Of a stretch of 64,000 bases of DNA, positions 55,220 to 64,000 are shown piece by piece (the stretch's first letter is position 1; each line of letters begins with the position of its first letter). The position numbers were made by a program, and so were the translations under genes. Under the pieces are notes generated by a model. That model did not search any database and had not been told where the DNA came from. It saw nothing but the letters and a program-made list of their open reading frames with translations. The DNA is from Octopus vulgaris. Taxonomy: Eukaryota. The DNA lies in NCBI GenBank assembly GCA_951406725.2, contig OX597816.1:127720001-127784000 (forward strand). The letters run 5' to 3'.

Positions 55220-55273
55220 ATCTCTGCCAATTCAAGTGATGACTTATTGTTTAAAGATGTGAAATCTATCAAG
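55220..55273 (+). CDS. Candidate exon (54 nt, phase 0/0), ISANSSDDLLFKDVKSIK
   Basis: Acceptor ttttatttctagaatag, open frame, donor AAG|gtaatg; same phase as the 2150 exon. Confidence 0.5.
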
Positions 55274-57949
55274 GTAATGTACGAACATGTTGGAATTATA
55301 AATTGTTCAATATTTTGGGGAAGTAATATTGAAAGTTGATTTGAATTTTTTTTTTCTGCTAGAAGTAAGTCTCCTCAGTTGCTTTAGCTGTATTATATTC
55401 ATTTAATAACTTACAAATCTAATGAATTTCAAACTATATGGAAACCCGATAAAGTTTATCAATAGGCATAATCTAAAATGAGTCAAAATTATGAGACGAC
55501 ACCAGTATAAAATTGGATTCAATTTATTTTTATTTTTTCTGAAAAAAACATTTTGCTGAAATTTTAATAGCATTTGTATTGGACAAAGGATTAGAGATGC
55601 TTTAAACTTTCCAGTTTAGAGAAATTAAAACCAACAACAACCAAGAAAAAAAGACAATTAAACAATCCCAAGTTTATTTTTGTTTTATTGTTATTCTGAT
55701 TGATATGATAGAAGTTATTTAGCATAAACATCTTACCTTCATTCAGATATACAAATTTACTGTTTTATATGCAGTAGTCTGTGGCCCAAATATTTTGTTC
55801 TTTTTTAAATTCAGTGTTAAACAATATTTAATAGGTTAGCATATTTATATGTAAAAGCACATAATTTCTTGTATTTTCCAGCCATTTTATCCTACTAATC
55901 ATTGGCATATGGTTGATTGAACAAGATTTAAGCAATCTCATTAAAGATTAAATGATACTCTGATAACTTAGTGAAATAGTTTATGACCAGAGGGTATTAA
56001 TGCCTAGCTGTTTTACAACATTGAACTTTGAAGTAATAGCATGTTGAAATAGAATTCAGCTTTGTATAATTTGAAACAAGGAGTTACTTGTCAATCATGT
56101 AGCTTCTATCAAGTACGTCAGTACAGAGCTAAGGCACATGATGGGAAAACTAAATTAGGATTAGTATTAAGTGTTCAATTTATTCTTGTTCTATTCCCCT
56201 ATCTATTTTCTTAGGTTTGCTTCCTTAAGGTTGAATAGAACAACAATATCTGCAAAACCAGAATGGTTTTCTATTTTTGGCATCTTAGGCTGAAGAAATG
56301 AATATAATTTTGTACCAATTCTGGCACAAGTTTTGACTTAATCTATGCAATATATTGAGAAGTAGAAATCTGCCTGCTTTTTATTAAAAAAAAAATGATT
56401 CTTTATCTGAAGTTTTCTTTCTCAGTTCTTTTATTTGGATATTATTGCAACTTAACTTTGTAGGAAGGTAAGCAATGTTTGTCCCATAGAATGCAAGAGT
56501 GCACATATAAATATATGCATCACTGCTAAAGGTTTTAAAAAAATTTATTCTCTTTCTTTTTCTTTGTTTTGTGCTGTGCAGAAATACTTGTTTAGTACAT
56601 CTCATGATAGTTTTTGAAAATTGATTAGTAGACTAGATAACAAGATGAGAAGAATGATAGTTAAACAGTTTTTTGTTAATAAACGTAAAGTATTAATGAC
56701 AGGATCCTGAGCTTAATCTAGATTACCAAAATCAGATTTTATTCTGCATAGAAAGTGTTGAATTATATGTCACTTATCCATCCCTTAAATATAGAAATGC
56801 ACTGTATTGTAGTTTCCAACATACTTTTTTGTGTGTCTGTGAGACATTCTGTATATAACTTATACTAAACATCTTAATACTTTCTGTTGGCCTATATTTA
56901 CAAAAGTATGAAAAATAATTGGCAGCATAAAATTTGAAGACTAGTTCTTATTGTTAAGCCTCAGTTTAACTCATATTGAGCAAATTTATGTTCAAAAGTG
57001 TTCAAATTGTGATCATCCTTTCTGTTTGAAACATAATACATCCAAAAACTATCTTGAATATATTGTACTTCAAATTGTGATGGTAGGGTATTTTGAGAGA
57101 TTTTTGGCTGCTATTTCTAACAAGCAACCCTTTAGAGGCTCCTAAATTATCACTTGACTCTCTCTCTCTCTCTCTAACCAATAGTTGATGATGAGCAAAT
57201 ATGCAAAGTGACTTTACCTTGCTCTAAAAGGTAGCTGTAGTTGTTATATATTGTTTGCATGTCCAGTAGGTACCTACTAATACTATTTATGTATTAACAA
57301 TGTACAGAGAGCATTCTACAAGCTGAAACAGAAGAAACACTTCAATGACTCATTATAAAAACTCTCATATAATTTCACAACAGCCCTTCAGACAAGCAAA
57401 AAAATATATATTGATAAGCTATAGTCACTGAGGAATATGCGTCTAAGACCAAATAAAAACAATGTACTTGTTAGCAAATAGTCACTTAGAACTCAGCTTT
57501 TAGTTCTTATGTGCACTAATGCAAAAGAGTATTCCTTGCCAAGCTTGGTCCAGAGACTGGTGGCTATATTTCTTAATTGGTGGATAAATAACTCTATTGT
57601 TAATGATTTCAGTTACATATACATATAAAATTTTACCCTGTAGTTGTTTTTATTTGGTTATGATTTTTAATACAACAATAGAATTCTTCCTAAATTTTAC
57701 AGTTATTTTACCCTTTTCGTTTTAGCTTAATTTCAGTTAAGCAAAATTGTTTTTTTTTATGTAGTCTAAATGTATGACTTCACTTAATAAAGATATGGAA
57801 TTTGTTTGGCATTCTCATAGTCAGACAGGTATTTTAATTTTCTCCAGAGTCAGCACTGTCATATCTAATTAATACATACTTCTTTTGATCAAAACAAAGT
57901 AAAGATGCACATGAATATTTACATTCATGTGTGTATGTGTATTTTAACA

Positions 57950-57985
57950 ATATTTGCCTTTTTATCTCTCTTGCATCAGGTGAGT
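57950..57985 (+). promoter_or_regulatory. Recursive-type splice site (zero-length exon) AG|GTGAGT, junction 57979/57980
   Basis: Pyrimidine tract ending tatctctcttgcatcag|gtgagt with no other AG in the tract. Confidence 0.5.
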
Positions 57986-58994
57986 GGGTCTACAATTCTA
58001 AAAACTAATGTCACCAGTTTAACACTTGTTTTCAGGTCTTCACTGGTTTTCTATTTCTGGTTATTTCTATTTTGAATTTGTAGAGTATTTTTTCACCCAC
58101 CATTGGCTAAGACCATCATGCTTGTATTGGCTAAGACCATTAATATCTAATTGCATTCTTAAAATCACTTACTTTTAGCTTACTGGGAAGAGTGTGAGTC
58201 TATGCCTTACTTGTGAACATAATTCAAGACATTGCTGAGTTGCACAAAAGACACCTGTCTTTTTATGGATATATGGTGTTAAGAAGTTCTGCATAGTGAC
58301 AGTAAAATGTATATATAGTTGCAGAAGGTGAAAGAGGATAAAAGAATAAGGTCTCAGCATATTAGATTCCACAATGATGATGACATAAAAATGAGATGAT
58401 TAGCGGTACATGTTTTTGCAAACATATCTAACAAATGGATGTTAAAACTATTAAAAAATGCCTATGATAGCAGCTAACAAAATGGTTATCTGTTCAAATG
58501 TTAGTTTAACAATTGTAGTGAACACCTGGGTTGAGTTTGATGAATCTGGTTGTTTAGGCTGTCTTTTTTTCACAACAACTTCTATGATTTCTGTTGAAAT
58601 TTAGCAGTAGGAGGGGCATCCAGCATCAAAAGCAATTACTTATTCCATTATTATGAAAATACCCTAATCTGCATAAACTCTCACCCATTTTAACATGGAA
58701 AAGATTAATGTAAAATGTGTGCATATGCATATGTTTTACTGCAGACTGTAGAATACAACATTAGTCATGTAGCAAACTATAAAGTAGAGAAGGCTTCCAC
58801 TTTTATACACAAGTGCTGGAAAACTGCTAAATGCTTTGAAATGTTAACTATTGTTGGAGAGTTAACTCCACCATTATTTTTACTACTTTACATTTTCTCT
58901 TGGTCAAGAAGTTGTTCAAAATGTAAACAGGTTTAATCTAATAGGCTTTGTGATCCCAAACATATAGGCTTTATGATATATATATATATATATA

Positions 58995-59560
58995 TATATG
59001 TGATATTGTATATGATATTGTTTGGCATGTGACTGGTTAGAATGTTATCATTGGTGTTGCACCAACCATTGCGCCTAGACCATTCGTGGCTTTTTAGACA
59101 TACTGACTGGAAGTGCATGGCCTGTTTTATGCTGGAGGTACATAGAATCTAAGTTGGCTCAATCATGGTATAAAGAAATGGAATGAAACATCTTGAAACA
59201 CATTATATCATTTTTTTCAAGAGTTATTTATCAAGGATTGGTGTTAGCCATGACTGAAGTGTGTAAGCTAAATGTGTGTGTGTATTGTTCCATAATTCAA
59301 AAATAGATATGTCCATGCTGCCAAAATGAATTTGCATTCATGAGAGCAGCATCCAAGTTTAGGAAAGCAACCAGTCCATGTAAATCTTTTAGAATGATTT
59401 TCCTCTCATCTAAGCATAGCTTGCACCTTCTGCTTCCATTCAGATGTGGCCCAGAATGTTTCAGCAACTTTCAGTTGATTTTGTGCAGTTATAAATAACC
59501 ACTCTGTTATTTATGCTGAGCATGCTTTTTTCTGATTTATGGACAACTAATTCATAGTGT
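58995..59560 (-). mobile_element. Possible Tc1-like transposase remnant
   Basis: Decayed FQQDxAPxH-like segment near 59110-59137; heavily mutated. Confidence 0.3.
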
Positions 59561-62500
59561 GTGTGTGTGTTTAGATAATCTGAAAATTATATGTGGGTAT
59601 GTTGATCAAAGCATGATTAAATACTGAAAGGTTGATCTATTTGACTTATCTATTATCACCTCAAAAATATGGAAATGTAAATATAATTCTGCTAGGCAAG
59701 GCAGTTCTAAACTTGATATTTGGTTTGTTTGTTATATCAAGCAAAGCCTTTACAATATGATGTTGTTTATTGTTTGCTGGAGTAGTACTAGGTTGAGGCT
59801 TTGCAGCCCCTATTAATTTGAAATAAACTAATAGAAACATTGGCTTTCCAGTATTAACATTGGCTTTCCAGTATTTCAATTCATCAACATGAGTAATATT
59901 GCATATGGCATTCATTAAAATGGCAATTAAGTATTTCAGTGATATAACATTATGAGAGGGAATAAAAATTTATCCAAACTGCAAAAATATACACATTGTG
60001 GCTCACTGCTGTTGCATAAATCATAATAGCTTAGATCTCGTAAATAATTTTCCCTTAAAAATATTATGTCTTTATAATTATTTTTCATGCAACTATATAT
60101 ATATCTCATTGTTGGCTCTGCAGAAAAACAGCATGTGCAAACTTTCCTTATACCATTTTAGAGTTTCTTTTATTCTTATGTTACCTGTAATGGTTGAAAT
60201 GCATAAAAACACAAAGGCTTTTATTGTTTCTCTCTAAACTGCTGTCATTCATATAATGAGTGAAACACTTGTGCAAACAGTCTGTTATAGTTGATATTTG
60301 TACGCTATTTCATTGTGGGAGGTAGACTATTGTCTACGAAGAATAAAAGACTATTATACAATTTGTGGATGTTTTTGTATTTCTCTTTGAAAGCTAGTCA
60401 GATCAGATTAACAAGAATTTATTGGGAGAGAGTTTGGTCAAAATACAGATGTTGTAGTTTTAGTGAAGCATTGAATAAGAATTCTTTTTACAAACACACA
60501 TGAATGTTCATGCATGTAAGTTTTTATCTGAAATTATTATAAATCCTAGTTTGATTATGCCTCCCCGAAATGTAGCTTATGTTTCTCCTTTTTTGTGTCA
60601 TTTTCAATATATTAACTGGAGTTTAAAATGAGTTCAAAAAGATTAAACAATTGAAAATTATTTCTTTTTTGTACTTTGAAACATTTCTTAAAGTTATTTT
60701 TCTTGGTGTGATACAGTACATTGAAAAGAAATTGTGTACATGTTGTTGTGTAGTAACTTTTTGGATCTTAGTATGAGAGTTTTGTTAGTGGACAACTGTT
60801 GTATTATATTGTGTAAGTTCTCATTGCTGTGTATTTGGTGTCTTTGTGATATTATATTTAGTTGTAGATTGTGTATCTATTTTATCATTATATTCAAGTC
60901 CTTACTGCTTTTTCATACTGTCAGTGATTTAAATTACATTTCTGTATCGTTTTTGTTTTCTTTTATTGTTTTATGTAATATTTGAATTGTTCAAACACTA
61001 ATTTCATCACTTAATTTGTGGAAAATGATGTCAATTGTCCTTGGCCTGCTAAGTGTTCCTAGATTCTTTGTTAATAATGATAATTTTATCACCATTTCGT
61101 CACACATGCTCCTAGATTTTTCATTAATAATGTTGATAGTTTTCCAACTTCATCATCTCTTACTACACAGTTTTTCGTCTGTAGAAGAAAAACTACTCTG
61201 TCTTCTCTTGATTATTTTAAAAGAAGAACTAAGGCAGGGATAATAGCAATGTTTAGACCAGCACCTAGCTCAGTTTTATAAAGAAAAAATGCTAATTTTA
61301 TTAATTTTTGTTTTTAAAATATTCTGTAAAATATTGCTAGCATGTGTTCAGAATTTAAACCTGACTAGAGTTGTGATTAACACTAATTCTAGTTTGTTGA
61401 ATGAGTGCTCCTTAGGGAGAAGCTTATGAGTCCCAAAGATGCGACCTGTTTCCCCTTCATTTTGTCTGTACATGCTGAGCCAAATGACTGGGGTTTTTTT
61501 TTCCTTTCCTCTTTAAATTCATGCACTTGTTTGGCTAAATCGATTCTAGTAATGTGAAGGAAATTGAAAGATTTTGCAGCAGAAATAGTGCAAACCTTCC
61601 ATCAAATATTGCTCTTTTCATGGAAGACCAATATGTATTTATTTGGACAATTTCTATCTCCATTTGCATTTGAAATACTCTTAATAGGACTGAATATGAG
61701 ATTTTTTGCTGCACATTTTAGCACACAAATTTTGTTAATATCTCATACTTTTTCCTTTATTTTTAATAAAATTGTTATGATGTCTGTTAACTCCTTTACC
61801 CATTTACTTTGGCCTTCATTATGAATAGGGTTTTTAAGAATAATTGTCTCTATCTGGCCTGTGAAATCTAGTTTAGGCTTCAGTTCAGGCTGCAACACCA
61901 GATGTTCTTGACACCTCTGAGCCAAGGGCTCATTGTAGGCTGAGAAGTTGTTAGTAACTTGGTTGTCATATTAACTGTCAGAAGGGTGATATTATCAAAG
62001 CTTAATCTTCATGTCTTAATTTGCATGCTGGCTTTATCATTAGTTTTATTATTTTATCAGTTCATAACTTGTGAGATAACTTATAATTATAATGATCTTT
62101 AGTTTTTTCTTATGCATCTATTCCAAATGGTACACAGTACACTTTTGTTATCTAACACACATTGTTCCTTCACATTATATATTGAAACCAGTGCATGCAC
62201 ATACTCACAGATCCTCTCATTCATGTACTAATCAGTACCTCTAATAGCCAGTCAGCCTTTCTCTTTGTTTACAGTCAGTCTCTCCTGTCCATATTGCATG
62301 CAAATTTAATAGATCTTACTTGTTCTTTTCCAGTTGCTGCATTGTTATTTATCACAGACATGTCACATATCTTTAGTATCTAAAGATGATCATCACATAG
62401 AACTTAAATTCACAAACCTCACTGGTTTTTATCTCTTGCATTAACTGGATTACTATATGTAGGATATGATTATTCTCTTCTATACTCACTATACATCATT

Positions 62501-64000
62501 TTCCTGTTCTCTGTTTGCATATCATCAAGAATGACTACATTATTGATTTCTCAGTACCTTTTTCCACCAGGTGTACCAGAAACAAAATTCCTTTATTACT
62601 TTCATGATCAGCTTGAAACCTTTTCATTTAGGCCTCTGATATTCTATAATTTCATGCAATCTGATTGGATAGGAAAATGTTAACAACAAGGTTAGGTATT
62701 GAATTTTCTCTCAGTTTTTCCATTGATCATCAATCTCTATCACACGGATTTAAGTTAAGTATGTTTTCTAAGTTGACAAATGTAGAATACAATCGTTTTC
62801 TATTTTAGCTGAGACAGGTTCCTAATACTGTCTTTCTGGTTGTGGTATAAAATACATTTGTAATGCATGAGTTTTTATTTTTAACACAAAATTCTACCAT
62901 CTTTATAACTTCATCTTATTATATTATTATTATTATTGTTGTTGTTATTAACTTTATTATTTATTTTTTTGTTTTGTTTTTAAAGCTCTCATACTTCTAA
63001 CAACATTTAACAGAAGCAGTTTAATGTTATATTGACATCTCAATGACAGTGGATACCCTACTACTTAACTAACCTTATAATCTGATTATTTAAGTCAGTG
63101 CCCAACAGCACTGATTCAACTGTACTTGATCCTGAAGTTGTTAAATGTCTTCAGTTCTCTTTTCTGTATTTCTAACTATTTTATTAATTTATTAATAGTT
63201 AACCTTTGGGATCACTAATACAAACATTTTCTGTTATATGTATCAAATATTTTAATATATTTCTATTTTCTTTCCCCTTTTTTACATCTCTGTACCTTTA
63301 ATCTCAAATTCTCTCTCAATATCATCATACTGTCAAAATAATGTGTGCACTAAAATGCTTATTTAACCTTGATTCTTTGCAGACAGTTTCAAGTCATTTA
63401 TATAGAGGATTATTTTATGTTGTCTACATCTAATTAACGGTGGTGCATCAGCATGACTGCAGCTCTGAGCTGAAACTAGAGAGAAAAAGAAAATATGTTC
63501 ATGTTTTAGCTATTCATAATAGCAGTTTTAAAATTCGTTATATTACTACAAAAAATAAGGAAGACAAACTATCACCCTGAAAAATTCCTCTATTGGTCTT
63601 ATACCTCCTACCTTTACTCCAGAGTAGGATAATTTTGCTTTATTTTGGCCAACTGGGAATCTCTGCTACTCTTTCCTTCTCTAGGCATCTTATTATGTTA
63701 AAATTAGGAATCCTGTCATTGTACTTTTTATTAATCAATCAGGTCTGTGTAATCCTGTGATCTTAGATTTATCAATTATTAATTTATCCTAAATGCATAT
63801 ATCTTTCCTCTGGTATCCTTTCTGATAAAGTGATGATGTAATCTATCTATCTGTCTGTCTGTCTGCCTGTCTAACCATCCATCTGTCCATTTGTCTATCT
63901 GTCTGTCTGTCTGTCCACTTTAGCTATTATAACAGTCAGTTGTATTTTTTGAGAGAAATATGTCATTAGTTAAGGCGCCCATAGGTGATACATATTGACC

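Noticed and set aside
62809-62817. 9-nt microexon CTGAGACAG, and similar cassettes at 11618, 13011, 27143 and 47818
   Set aside because: Weak donors (gttcct, gtaaaa, gtattt, gttgct, gtttta); cannot be separated from chance

Overview
AT-rich eukaryotic genomic DNA saturated with repeats. The SINE, mariner, RTE and Penelope families and the very long (TA/TG/CA)n arrays resemble a coleoid cephalopod (Octopus-like) genome; this is inferred, not verified. The window appears to be mostly intron of one large, unidentified plus-strand gene. There is one clean 81-nt exon (2150-2230) and two further plausible short exons (50540-50594, 55220-55273). There is also a series of 0-9 nt splice-signal cassettes, including two AG|GTRAGT zero-length (recursive-type) sites. 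Almost all listed ORFs are microsatellite or decayed-transposon artefacts. Mobile DNA includes mariner, Tigger/pogo, hAT, piggyBac-like and Helentron-like elements; RTE, CR1/L2, CRE-like and R4/Dong-like LINE remnants; many tRNA-derived SINEs; and at least four Penelope-like remnants. Highlights: (1) a young 5'-truncated Penelope-like element (40138-42820) whose inverted pseudo-LTRs each carry a type I hammerhead ribozyme, plus two minimal hammerheads elsewhere; (2) the zero-length and micro-exon cassette series; (3) a ~640-bp near-perfect inverted duplication inserted into a mariner ORF with a templated junction. Repeat boundaries are approximate and were read by eye.
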